Source: Nitrospirales bacterium (GTDB lineage: Bacteria > Nitrospirota > Nitrospiria > Nitrospirales > UBA8639). Taken from it: a DNA stretch of 64,000 nucleotides. How positions within the stretch are numbered: position 1 is the first letter of the stretch; each line of letters starts with the position of its first letter. The DNA lies in the NCBI GenBank assembly GCA_965223295.1, contig CBDCWC010000003.1:1184001-1248000 (forward strand), written 5' to 3'. The position numbers were made by a program, and so were the translations under genes. This document shows, one piece after another, positions 38,343 to 48,077 of this stretch. The notes beneath the pieces are model-generated. The model had not been told where the DNA came from. It did not search any database and saw only the letters and a list, made by a program, of their open reading frames with translations.

Positions 38343-38797
38343 TGGCTAATTCTGGAACCGTTGTGTCAGCCGGAAAAATTCTCCTGGAGGTGGTCACACC
38401 TGATCATCCTCTGTTGAGCCAAGAAGTTGATTATGTTTCAGCTCCTGGCAGTGAAGGTGATTTTGGTGTCCTCCCAGGTCATTGTCATTTTCTGACTACC
38501 CTTCGTATTGGCGAATTGGAATACCGGATTGGTGAAAAGTCAGAGTTTATGTCTGTGCTCTGGGGATTTGCCGAAGTGACGCCGACGAAAGTCACGATTC
38601 TGGCTGAAATCGCGGAAAAAGCCGAAGATATTAACGTGGAACGTGCGGAAGAAGCTGTTCGGAAAGCTGAAGAACGTGTAGAACGAGGAGGCTTACCTTC
38701 GGAAGTTGAAGAAGCCCGCGTGAGTTTAGAAAAAGCCCGCCTCCGGAAAAAAATTGCGGATCGTCACCGCCAAAAAGGTGGAGCCAGACTTTCTTAG
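38342..38797 (+). CDS. atpC: ATP synthase epsilon subunit
   Basis: LEVVTPD, GDFGVLPGH. Confidence 0.95.
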
Positions 38798-38836
38798 TTT
38801 CGCAACGCCAACCTTTTCCTTTCTCTCTAATACTCC

Positions 38837-39805
38837 ATGCCGCATGTTGAGACGCGGACGGAATTTACGGTTACCGCTGGTGAATCCCCCAAACGGTTGG
38901 ATCACTTTTTAGCCAATCGAGATCCCTATTATTCCCGCACGGTTCTTCAGCGACTAATCGAAGATGGGCACATTACCGTTGATGGGCAGACAGTCAAGCC
39001 CAGTCATAAGGTAAAACCCGGCGAGCGAATTGTATTAGTCGTTCCCCGACCAGAGCCTCTTGATATTCAACCTGAACCCATTCCACTAGATGTTCTGCAT
39101 GAGGATGAAGCGCTGCTTGTCATCAACAAACAGACTGGCCTGGTTGTGCATCCAGCACCAGGTCATTGGACCGGAACAATGGTGAATGCCTTGTTACACC
39201 ACATGCAACGAGGGGAGGGGCATCTCTCGTCTATAGGTGGGAGAGAACGACCGGGGCTGGTGCATCGTTTGGATAAGGAAACTACGGGAGTCTTAGTAGT
39301 AGCCAAGACAGATCAGGCCCATCAACATTTGTCAGCACAATTTAAACAACATACGATCAGTCGTCTGTATGAAGCGCTGGTCTGGGGATCTCCAAAAACT
39401 CGGGAAGGCCGCATTGAAATCGCTATAGGGCGAGATACGAAAGACCGCAAGACCTTTTCTTCACGGACAACCAGACCCAAAGAATCTTTAACGTCTTATA
39501 AGATTATTGCTCGTTTTGGAAAACTTGCCGCCCATGTTGCACTCACTCCCGGAACAGGTCGAACACACCAACTCCGTGTGCATCTCAAAGCGATTGACTG
39601 TCCAATTCTAGGTGATCAAACATACGGGGGGAAAAAAGTCATGAAAATTGGTGGCATCGAAATACCCCGTGTTATGTTACATGCCAAAGTTCTTGGTATT
39701 GTCCATCCTCACACACAACAGTCTATGAAGTTTTCGGCACCGCTTCCAGAAGACATGGAACGTGTGCGTGAAGAGCTAACCAATCAGAGGGTTGGAAAGT
39801 CTTGA
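38837..39805 (+). CDS. RluA-family pseudouridine synthase with S4 domain (RluD-like)
   Basis: RPGLVHRLDKETTG, GRTHQLRVH. Confidence 0.92.
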   Translation: MPHVETRTEFTVTAGESPKRLDHFLANRDPYYSRTVLQRLIEDGHITVDGQTVKPSHKVKPGERIVLVVPRPEPLDIQPEPIPLDVLHEDEALLVINKQTGLVVHPAPGHWTGTMVNALLHHMQRGEGHLSSIGGRERPGLVHRLDKETTGVLVVAKTDQAHQHLSAQFKQHTISRLYEALVWGSPKTREGRIEIAIGRDTKDRKTFSSRTTRPKESLTSYKIIARFGKLAAHVALTPGTGRTHQLRVHLKAIDCPILGDQTYGGKKVMKIGGIEIPRVMLHAKVLGIVHPHTQQSMKFSAPLPEDMERVREELTNQRVGKS

Positions 39806-39839
39806 CAGGCAACCCCATGTTTGAACTAGATTCAAAGCC

Positions 39840-40280
39840 ATGAGTAAGAAGGAAACCCTTCAACCTGGACAGGTCGTCGATACCTTAGGAGAATTGATTT
39901 CCAGTCTGAGCGCCTTTGCCAAAAAAATACCCGCGGCATCGCGAATGGCTTTGCCTGGAGGAGTTAAGCCTACAGAAGAAGCTGTTGAAGCATATGAAGA
40001 TGTGGTCTACCGTTTTCGTGACCGCGCGGGGGCAACCTATAAACCGCTCCCCCCCCTTTTTGTGGAATCGCTTGAAGCCTTTGAAGCGGGGAAGGTGTTT
40101 GATGCGGTCCCGCCGTTGTTGCAGTCTGTCGAACAGCTAGTGGATCTTCATAATCAAGACATCATCAAATTTAGCCCAGAGCAGCAACAGCGTATGCGGG
40201 ATTATCATCGTCGCTTAGAAAAGATTGTCCCAGAAGCCACCCAATCCGAAGTGGATCTGCCCACCCCAGATTCCTACTAG
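39840..40280 (+). CDS. Hypothetical protein
   Basis: 146-aa ORF with protein-like composition; no motif recognised. Confidence 0.7.
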   Translation: MSKKETLQPGQVVDTLGELISSLSAFAKKIPAASRMALPGGVKPTEEAVEAYEDVVYRFRDRAGATYKPLPPLFVESLEAFEAGKVFDAVPPLLQSVEQLVDLHNQDIIKFSPEQQQRMRDYHRRLEKIVPEATQSEVDLPTPDSY

Positions 40281-40337
40281 GATATTAAAGAGTCAGCCTA
40301 GAGGGGGGTAGGCAGGGGTTGCTTAGGAGAAGGTGGC

Positions 40338-40646
40338 TTAGTTCCAAGTTTCTTTGGGAAATTCTTCAAGGTTTTCGCTAGAAATCCTTCGGCGTTCTAC
40401 GAAAGGATTGTTTAGTACTCTCCAGGTTCCACCTTTATTTTGCAAACCTTGTTCAATCAGAGCAAGCCGTCGGATGCTCTCATTGTCTATGAGCGAAACC
40501 AGACTCAGGTCTAGAAGAAACGTCTTAAATCCAAGACGATGCGAGTGAAGCACCGACAAGGCCAATTCTTTTGCTGCCCCTTCGTGAAAATGCCCTCGTA
40601 CATGGAGAACGATAGTGTCTGGAGCTAACTGTTCTGTCTGGATCAT
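40338..40646 (-). CDS. STAS-domain (anti-sigma antagonist-like) protein
   Basis: VLHVRG, LLDLSLVSLID; GGAGG RBS before ATG 40646. Confidence 0.7.
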   Translation of the reverse strand: MIQTEQLAPDTIVLHVRGHFHEGAAKELALSVLHSHRLGFKTFLLDLSLVSLIDNESIRRLALIEQGLQNKGGTWRVLNNPFVERRRISSENLEEFPKETWN

Positions 40647-41007
40647 GGTCAACCTCCTTTCTACAAAGGCTTGGCTATTGCGGCCTTAAAGAGAGTAAAC
40701 CCTAATAAAGCGTTTCATACCATTACCCGGATGAGGGGACTGTTCCCCATTATTTGGCAACAATCTCTAATAACGGAAGAGTGGCGCCATCAAGAGAAAT
40801 TCGAGGGAAACGAAATCTGATGGAGGTATCAGAAGGGGCACGGGGTACCAAACAAGGTATGTCCTTAGAGTCAAACTGCCGACGATCCTTCGATCGAGAC
40901 CCCTTCTCTTTGATTGTTTCAAATTTGACGGGTCTTAGGATAGAACGGTATAACGGGTTCAACTTTTCTAAAGCGTTTTCCTAAAAAGGGTCAGTAATTG
41001 ATGATGT

Positions 41008-41084
41008 GCGCCCGTAGCTCAACTGGATAGAGTATTGGACTTCGGATCCAAGGGTTACAGGTTCGAATCCTGTCGGGCGCACCA
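41008..41084 (+). tRNA. tRNA-Arg, anticodon UCG
   Basis: GCGCCCG/CGGGCGC acceptor stem, TTGGA-CTTCGGA-TCCAA anticodon arm, GGTTCGAATCC, encoded CCA. Confidence 0.95.
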
Positions 41085-41399
41085 TTTTTCTGGTTGACTG
41101 ATACTAAGACATTAGTCAATCTTGTTGTCGCTAAACTAAAACATATCCTCTACACCTGAAATCACCTAGTAGCCTGATGGGGAACTGCCTCAGCACCCCT
41201 TTTTTCGATTTCAAATAGCTTCTTTGTTTCCAGTCAAACAGGTTCTTTTAATAGACGAAATGTGGGGGCACTATTCTAGTAAGGATAGGAATGCGAGCTA
41301 GGAATCAAGGAAAATTCGCGAGTAGTGCCGATTGAATTCAGTAGGCTTGAATCTTTTCTCTACTTACGAATAGGGAGGAATTGGTGCTAAGGTTAGTCG

Positions 41400-42002
41400 A
41401 TGGATGAATGTTGCAAGGTCACCACCGTTTCGGAACGGCAGCGTGATGTTGTTCGAGCCGTGCTCTGGATTAACGTCAGCATGTTTCTTCTGGAAGCGAT
41501 AGCCGGTCTTCTCAGCCATTCGACCGCCCTTCTAGCCGATTCAGTTGACATGTTGGGCGATGCCCTTGTCTATGGGTTTAGTCTGTATGTGATTGGACGG
41601 GGTTCGGTGTGGCTAGGGCGCGCTGCTGTGCTCAAAGGTGTCATGATGGGCGTATTTGGTATGGGTGTGCTGGCGCACGTGGTTTTCAAGACTGTGTATG
41701 GCTTCGTACCAATGGCCGGGATGATGGGCGTGGTAGGCGCAATGGCACTCGCTGCCAACCTCATTTGTCTCATGCTCCTTTGGCAGCACCGAGGCGATGA
41801 TATCAACATGCGGTCCGCATGGATGTGTTCTCGCAATGATGTCATTGGCAATGCGGGCGTGCTTGTTGCGGCTCTTATGGTCTACCTCTCCGACTCCCCC
41901 TGGCCAGATATTGTGATTGGGCTCTTGATCGCCACTCTTTTCGTTCGGTCTGCGATTGCCATCATCCGTGAAGCCTCAAGAGAGTGTTCATCTGCAATCT
42001 GA
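41400..42002 (+). CDS. Short cation diffusion facilitator (CzcD-like)
   Basis: ALLADSVDMLGDA, NMRSAWMCSRNDVIGN, WPD. Confidence 0.88.
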   Translation: MDECCKVTTVSERQRDVVRAVLWINVSMFLLEAIAGLLSHSTALLADSVDMLGDALVYGFSLYVIGRGSVWLGRAAVLKGVMMGVFGMGVLAHVVFKTVYGFVPMAGMMGVVGAMALAANLICLMLLWQHRGDDINMRSAWMCSRNDVIGNAGVLVAALMVYLSDSPWPDIVIGLLIATLFVRSAIAIIREASRECSSAI

Positions 42003-42046
42003 ACTTTTTATCTTCATTATTCAACACACTCTCTTAGGAAGGATAA

Positions 42047-42829
42047 ATGCTCGTGAGCTCTATTTTTCGGCATAGTGCCCTTTATGTGATTCTGATCAGT
42101 ATGGGCTGTAGTATTGCAAGTTGTCTGACAGTTCCCAGGGTCAAAACGCCTCTCTTTGAAGGATCACAAGGGGCCATTGCTTTACAAGTCTTTGCCGAGC
42201 CAGAGAAAAGGGCTCAACACCCCGTTGCCCTGGAACCTCACATCATACGTGGGGTGCTCGAGGGCCTGTATGTTCAAGATACCCAAAGTCTACTTGAATC
42301 AGCACTGACCAACAACAATTCTCCGATACAGGCTTTCACGGAAACAGAAATTCAGTTCTTAGTCCCACACGTGATTGATGGATTGGCAAAAGCGACCTCA
42401 GAAGAAGAGGTTGTCTTTCGAATACATACACGTCATCCCCAGAATACACTATATACAACCGGCGCTCTGTATTATGCAGATGAGACTCTCCATGTCATCG
42501 TTCATGGATATCATGAGGCCTCTAAAAGACCTCCATTACTTTCTAGACCGTCTAACTCATTTAGCCGTCCCAAAATGTGGAATATGTCATTTCAACCAAT
42601 TGGGGCCTTGACCAGCGATTACCTGGATGCCACTTCCCAGACATCCTTCCCCTTTCACTTTGCGATCCATCTTCCTACGTTGGCAAAGTCGATGGAGCGT
42701 AATGCCCAAACCGTTTCTCCTGCATCCTCGTCCATTCATGAAGAATTAGAAGGGTTGCGTGAATCCCTCCAACAACAACACCAACAACTGGAACACCTCG
42801 AAGACCAACTGCAAACAGGCAGTCCCTAA
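42047..42829 (+). CDS. Hypothetical lipoprotein
   Basis: IASC lipobox-like motif; C-terminal coiled coil. Confidence 0.6.
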   Translation: MLVSSIFRHSALYVILISMGCSIASCLTVPRVKTPLFEGSQGAIALQVFAEPEKRAQHPVALEPHIIRGVLEGLYVQDTQSLLESALTNNNSPIQAFTETEIQFLVPHVIDGLAKATSEEEVVFRIHTRHPQNTLYTTGALYYADETLHVIVHGYHEASKRPPLLSRPSNSFSRPKMWNMSFQPIGALTSDYLDATSQTSFPFHFAIHLPTLAKSMERNAQTVSPASSSIHEELEGLRESLQQQHQQLEHLEDQLQTGSP

Positions 42830-42911
42830 AGCTCCAAGAATGAACATGCAGAGCTACACTACGTCCCTCTAATCCGCCTCATCTAGGTTGTATTTGCTGC
42901 TACCAAAAAGT

Positions 42912-43790
42912 TTATTTCGAGATAGGGTGAAACACTAGCCGACGTAGCCATTGTCCCAGAGCTATGAGGCCTAGAAAGACACAAGCCAACAACGAATCAG
43001 TGGCACCAGTAGGCCAATCCATGAAAAACGATACAAGAAATCCAATGAGCGCAATTCCAGCTCCCAAGAATCCTCCCAGAAGCGGGACAAGAAAGAACCT
43101 TTTGGCGAGTCGGATGGCTATCATCGTGGGGAGGAGCAGGAAGGCAAACGTAAGTAAAGGTCCGACCATTAGTACTCCTAACGAAATGGCGAATCCTACC
43201 AGGCCATACAAAAGGATATCCCATACCCAGAGCCGTTTGCCCAGGGACAAGGCCAGATCCCGATCGACGGAGACTAATAACAACTCCCTGCGAAAAAGAG
43301 TAATCAGCAGGACAATGGCCGTATAGGCTGACAGAAGGATGGCCATGTCCATATCGGAAATAGCGATGATTTGTCCTCGCAAAAGTGTGACGATGCCTAC
43401 CTCTGGAACCCGCTCTGATGCCAGTAACAGAATGGTTACCGCTCCAGCAAAAACGTATACTGTTCCTATCCGGCCTTCTACCATCTCATGGCCCCGTCGT
43501 TCCAGCGTCGCAAGAAGCAACAAGGTTCCCGTGGTCACAATCGTTGAACCAAAGAGGGCGAGGAGAAAATCACTATGAGTCGGTTGTTGTTGATGATAGG
43601 TCAAATGCCAAAACACTGCTGCGGCAATTCCACCGGTCGACAATTGGGGAAGGGTTACCCCCAAGAACACCATCCTTCTACAATACATGAAGACCCCAAT
43701 GAGCGGCAGAACGATCCCCGTGACAATTCCTCCGTACAAGGCATTCCGTAAAACATAGGATGGATGAAGAATGGTGAAGAGTTCTTCCAT
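42912..43790 (-). CDS. Zn/Mn ABC transporter permease (ZnuB-like)
   Basis: RRMVFLGVTLPQ, multiple TM helices, operon context. Confidence 0.88.
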   Translation of the reverse strand: MEELFTILHPSYVLRNALYGGIVTGIVLPLIGVFMYCRRMVFLGVTLPQLSTGGIAAAVFWHLTYHQQQPTHSDFLLALFGSTIVTTGTLLLLATLERRGHEMVEGRIGTVYVFAGAVTILLLASERVPEVGIVTLLRGQIIAISDMDMAILLSAYTAIVLLITLFRRELLLVSVDRDLALSLGKRLWVWDILLYGLVGFAISLGVLMVGPLLTFAFLLLPTMIAIRLAKRFFLVPLLGGFLGAGIALIGFLVSFFMDWPTGATDSLLACVFLGLIALGQWLRRLVFHPISK

Positions 43791-43829
43791 ACACTTTAGA
43801 TATCTGGCAACAACCTTCTCTTAATCACT

Positions 43830-44507
43830 TCAGGCATAATGTTCTACTGGCTGTGTTTGCACGGTCCGATACCCAATCTCGATGACATCCTGCACAACTT
43901 GAAGAAGTTCTGGAATAAAATGATCCGCCCATAACAAGGTAATCCCTGTATCAGATTTCAACTTGACTAGTAACCGCAACATGGTTTGGACCGTCTTTTT
44001 GTCGAGGCTTGCCAAGGGTTCATCCAACACCAGAACCGCAGGGTCACTGGCCAAGGCTCTGGCGATTAACGTGCGCTGTTGTTGACCCCCTGATAATTCT
44101 GAGTACCGCTTCCGTTCTAAGTCCCCAATTTCTACTTCTTGTACCGCCCAATCGATTTTGTCCCGCTCGACCCTTCCCAACCGTTGCCAAGGTTTGATGT
44201 TTCCATATGTCCCCATCTGAATTACCTCTCCAACGGTCAAGGGTAGCAGTCCATTTAACGCCGCTCGTTGCGGGACGTATCCGACACGCAGAGAATTATT
44301 TTCCTCAGAAGTTTGACGATACAGCCTGCCTTCTATTGGGGAGAGGATCCCCGCAATCGTTTTAAGAAAAGCCGTTTTCCCAGAACCATTTGGGCCTAAA
44401 ACGGCATACGAGTCTCCTGGAAAAATCTCAAGAGAAACCTTCTCCAAGATCGGAAGGCCCTGATACCCAATCGTCACATTTTCGAGTGAGATAAGGGGAG
44501 TTGGCAT
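43830..44507 (-). CDS. Zn/Mn ABC transporter ATPase (ZnuC-like)
   Basis: GPNGSGKT, GYVPQ, LSGGQQQR, LDEP. Confidence 0.92.
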   Translation of the reverse strand: MPTPLISLENVTIGYQGLPILEKVSLEIFPGDSYAVLGPNGSGKTAFLKTIAGILSPIEGRLYRQTSEENNSLRVGYVPQRAALNGLLPLTVGEVIQMGTYGNIKPWQRLGRVERDKIDWAVQEVEIGDLERKRYSELSGGQQQRTLIARALASDPAVLVLDEPLASLDKKTVQTMLRLLVKLKSDTGITLLWADHFIPELLQVVQDVIEIGYRTVQTQPVEHYA

Positions 44508-44525
44508 TGGGAAATTACGAGGAGA

Positions 44526-45461
44526 TTAAGGAATGCTGAGTGCATTCAGCATAGAATGAAGATTAAATTCAATCAGTTTTTCATAGGTGTCAATTCCTGG
44601 ATTTCCCCCGACCATAATAAGAAATTTTGCGACCGTGGATCCAGTTTGGTCGGCCACCCAATTTGGAAGTCGTTCGGGATAATGCGGTTCGCGCAACACC
44701 AGGCCAACCTTCTGTTCCTTCATTCGATCCACTAACCAGACCAAATGCCCTTGAGTCGGTTCAATTCCCGGTTTAATTTCAATTTGAGCGACTTCCTGTA
44801 ATCCAAATCGTTCCGCAAAATAAATCGTATCTTGATGGTAAGAGACAAACTTTACTCCACGGAGTGGTTTGGCAAGTTGTTGCCACTCAATGAGCTTCTT
44901 GTCCAGATGCGCATGAAATTTTTGTACATTGGCTTGAAAATGAGGTTCCCCCACAGGAAAAGCCTTTGACAGTCCATCAGCAATCGTCTGTGCCATGACC
45001 TTGGCGTAGACTGGATCAAGGTTAAAATGTGGATTTCCGAGTGGATGAACATCACCCTCACGCCGAAGTAATGATTTGGGAACCTGCTTGGGGTTGATGT
45101 TCCAGGCGCAATTAATCAATCCTTCATTTCCGGGAAGAATTTTAGGGTTTCTGGCTACATCAACTAACGCCGGTAACCAGGAATGTTCGGCGTCCAGTCC
45201 CAATATCACCAGAACATCGGCTCGATTCAGTTTTGGGACAAAACTCGGTTTGATCGGCACCCCATGTGGATCTTCCACGCCTTTGGCCAAGCTCTCCACC
45301 GACACAAACTTTCCTCCGATCCTGGCGGTAAAGTCCGCCAGATCGGGGATAGAAGTCACAACCTGAATTTTCCCTCCTTCATCAAGATTCGGGCGTTCAG
45401 CCATCCCGAGTGAGCAGCCCAGGAGGAACAACAAAAGAAGGTTCTTGAATCTCTCTCTCAT
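44526..45461 (-). CDS. Zn/Mn ABC transporter substrate-binding protein (ZnuA-like)
   Basis: EDPH, GDVHPLGNPHF, SYH. Confidence 0.9.
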   Translation of the reverse strand: MRERFKNLLLLFLLGCSLGMAERPNLDEGGKIQVVTSIPDLADFTARIGGKFVSVESLAKGVEDPHGVPIKPSFVPKLNRADVLVILGLDAEHSWLPALVDVARNPKILPGNEGLINCAWNINPKQVPKSLLRREGDVHPLGNPHFNLDPVYAKVMAQTIADGLSKAFPVGEPHFQANVQKFHAHLDKKLIEWQQLAKPLRGVKFVSYHQDTIYFAERFGLQEVAQIEIKPGIEPTQGHLVWLVDRMKEQKVGLVLREPHYPERLPNWVADQTGSTVAKFLIMVGGNPGIDTYEKLIEFNLHSMLNALSIP

Positions 45462-45518
45462 GATGTGTACTTATGGGAATGTTGAAATTTTCATGATTCA
45501 ACACGACTCCTATCGAAA

Positions 45519-47240
45519 TTACTCTCTTTCCGTAAACCCGTGTTGATGACTGCCGATGACCACCTGCCATTGCAGCAACACTTGATTTTGTGGATCAAAG
45601 GTATTGCCGTAGCGGCTATGATTATATTGCAACACCAAACGGTGAAACTCGCTTGGATAGTACGTGATATAGGGGGAGTATGTCACAGCAGACGTTCGAC
45701 TTCCTGAGGTGTTGACTGTACTGCCCGGGTTCCCCGTTTTAGGATTGGTGACCAGGGCAGGTTCGCTCGGCATTTGGTGATAATCAAACCGGAAACCCGG
45801 ACGCCATTGTTTGTTCAACCGATATTCGACGTACGCATAGCCCCCCCAAGCCCCGCGAGATTTCGTGTTTCCAAAAATACTCCGGCGACCTTGTCCATAG
45901 TCATAAAGGATTTCCCCGTGAAACGAAAGACTTTGCCGTAACCCCCTTCCCAAAGGATACCAGCGATAGTGAAAATCCACATTAAAGGTGCGCCGATCAA
46001 TCGGATCGTCTTCATCCACGGCCAGGAATGCCAGTTCACTCGCCTCTGGCACTCGGGATTGCGGGGTGTAGAGAAATGAGAATCCTAATTCTACATTGTG
46101 ATCATCCGTGAGATCTTTATACGTACGCAGCGAACCAAAGAGAGTACTTCCCTGAATCACTTGGGTTCGAATATTACTCAATGGGCCTTCCCCCACGAAC
46201 CCAAAATTAAACCCATATCCAGCGGTCAGCGCTAAATACGTATCCGTCGGTGCCAGCCATGATAGCTCTATCCCGTCCGTTCGATTTCCATTGCCCATAT
46301 ACAAGGCTAAGGTTGGAGGAATATCAATTTGGGGTAAATCATGAGCATGCCGTCGCCCTAAATACCCCCAATCCGCAAAAAACCGACCTCCGCGTATGGA
46401 CAGGTTATAAGGCAAAGAAGTCGTCTGTATGGCCGCCTCTTCGATCTCGAAAACCGCTTTTCCGAATTCTTCTGATCCGCGAGAATTCACCCCTTCGGCA
46501 TGCCCGGAGGCAATTAAATAGGCTCTGGCAAATGGATCGACATCTGCAGCCGCAAACAATTCGATCGTTCGAAGTGCAGAAGAAAAACCAGCAGGGAGTT
46601 TGGTTCCGATTTCTCCACCTGCATCGTCTCCATCGCCATCGACAAATCGCATGCGGCGTTGGGTATAGCCCCCTATCGTTTCAAACACAACCCCAAATGC
46701 TGGATTAAAACGATTTAGAATTTGTTGACGGCGGAGAATGCCCTTTTCTCTTGGTGTTTCTCCAATGTCCAGAACTGGAGGTACGTCCATCGGCATACCC
46801 CCTGCTCGATTGTATATATCCTTGGGCTTGGCAGAAGACTTCGCTCCAGGAAATCGATTCTCTAACGAAGGTCCGTGTGTTGAAGTTTCAGTTTCGGCAG
46901 GAGGATCCTGGAGAGGCCGTACATCCATCGGCATACCCCCTGTGCGATCAAGTAAATCTTTGGGCTTTGAAGATGATTTTGCCCCTGGGTATCGATTCTC
47001 TAACGAAGTCCCCTGTGAGGAACTTTCAGATTCATCTTGGGATGCGGCAGCTGCCAAGCGTACATCCTGAGATACATGCATTCGATGAATGTCTTCCCTA
47101 TAGCTATGTAATCCTTTGGAATTCTCGTATATGCTCGCAGCCCATGTTTCTGTTGAAATAAAAAATAGGATAGAAACGAGCAATAGGCCGAGCATTCTAA
47201 CCCCTAGAAATAGGGAAAATGTCTTTCTTATACGAAACAT
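45519..47240 (-). CDS. Putative metal-uptake outer-membrane beta-barrel protein
   Basis: Signal peptide; AADVDPF, EIEEA, RRHAHD, C-terminal IGSHQHGF; first large gene of the Zn operon. Confidence 0.7.
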   Translation of the reverse strand: MFRIRKTFSLFLGVRMLGLLLVSILFFISTETWAASIYENSKGLHSYREDIHRMHVSQDVRLAAAASQDESESSSQGTSLENRYPGAKSSSKPKDLLDRTGGMPMDVRPLQDPPAETETSTHGPSLENRFPGAKSSAKPKDIYNRAGGMPMDVPPVLDIGETPREKGILRRQQILNRFNPAFGVVFETIGGYTQRRMRFVDGDGDDAGGEIGTKLPAGFSSALRTIELFAAADVDPFARAYLIASGHAEGVNSRGSEEFGKAVFEIEEAAIQTTSLPYNLSIRGGRFFADWGYLGRRHAHDLPQIDIPPTLALYMGNGNRTDGIELSWLAPTDTYLALTAGYGFNFGFVGEGPLSNIRTQVIQGSTLFGSLRTYKDLTDDHNVELGFSFLYTPQSRVPEASELAFLAVDEDDPIDRRTFNVDFHYRWYPLGRGLRQSLSFHGEILYDYGQGRRSIFGNTKSRGAWGGYAYVEYRLNKQWRPGFRFDYHQMPSEPALVTNPKTGNPGSTVNTSGSRTSAVTYSPYITYYPSEFHRLVLQYNHSRYGNTFDPQNQVLLQWQVVIGSHQHGFTERE

Positions 47241-47362
47241 AGTCTACCCTCCAAATTTTCTTAAATTTTTCCCTTTTGGGGATTTGGGGGAACAGGGCCA
47301 AAAGGTCACCATTCTCCAACAGGCCAAAAAAGAAATTGGTAAATAGAAATGTTTAAGAAGAA

Positions 47363-47686
47363 TTAAGCGAGGGGAGGCGCTCGTGATCCATCTACACGAA
47401 GGCTTAAGGAAGATACCCATGACCGATGAGGATGGTAAGAAAAATCTTTTAGTTCACAAGTGAGACCGGACTTGTAAGAATCCTGAACATAGGATCCCCC
47501 AATGTGGTGCTCTACCCAGGTACAGAGGTCATGTTCGGCATGTTCATGTCCATCATGGTCAATTTCAGAAAACAGATGATGAACTTCAAGGGCCAACCCG
47601 AAGGGGACAGAGAAAAGGAGCACTCCACTAAGCAGGAGCAGAACTAAGAAGGTGAGTCGAAGTCGGGAAGAGCTTGTATCAGTCAT
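47363..47686 (-). CDS. His-rich secreted leader protein with C-terminal RAPP (DUF2946-like, candidate arrest peptide)
   Basis: Signal/TM segment, HH...DHDGHEHAEHDLC...HH, ends SRAPPLA-stop. Confidence 0.8.
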   Translation of the reverse strand: MTDTSSSRLRLTFLVLLLLSGVLLFSVPFGLALEVHHLFSEIDHDGHEHAEHDLCTWVEHHIGGSYVQDSYKSGLTCELKDFSYHPHRSWVSSLSLRVDGSRAPPLA

Positions 47687-47753
47687 GGCTTGATTGGCCT
47701 TTTCAGAACCCGGAAGCGCAATTTAACAGGGAGAAAAGATGTAGTCAATGGAA

Positions 47754-47772
47754 ATTGCAAATAATTTGCAAT
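47754..47772. promoter_or_regulatory. Fur-family (probably Zur) operator
   Basis: Perfect 9-1-9 palindrome ATTGCAAAT-A-ATTTGCAAT about 70 bp upstream of the leader ORF. Confidence 0.7.
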
Positions 47773-47923
47773 ATGAGATTGTCTTCTTCCTTAACGTTGT
47801 TCCTCGTTCACTCTAGGGCGACAATTTTGATTGTATCCCTGTCCTTCCTCGTTCAAATACATCCGGATTTTGGAACGCGCCATATCGGCTGAATACATAG
47901 AACGTCAATTCATCGCTTTATTA

Positions 47924-47946
47924 TGGCGGCTTTTTTCAACAGAGCC
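47924..47946. repeat. Isolated right-end fragment of the REP/MITE-like repeat
   Basis: TGGCGGCTTTTTTCAACAGAGCC. Confidence 0.6.
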
Positions 47947-48077
47947 AGTAATTTTCGACATCAGATGCTGCTTCAAAATCTGATGCCTATTTAGTTTTTG
48001 GCGATTTTCGGTTAACCTGTCCTATCTCTTAGGCCCGTCTCATGGTTCAAGGTTGTAAAAACGCAGGGAGGGTACTG

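Noticed and set aside
41008-42002. Integrative island at tRNA-Arg
   Set aside because: No integrase and no duplicated tRNA 3' end were found in the window
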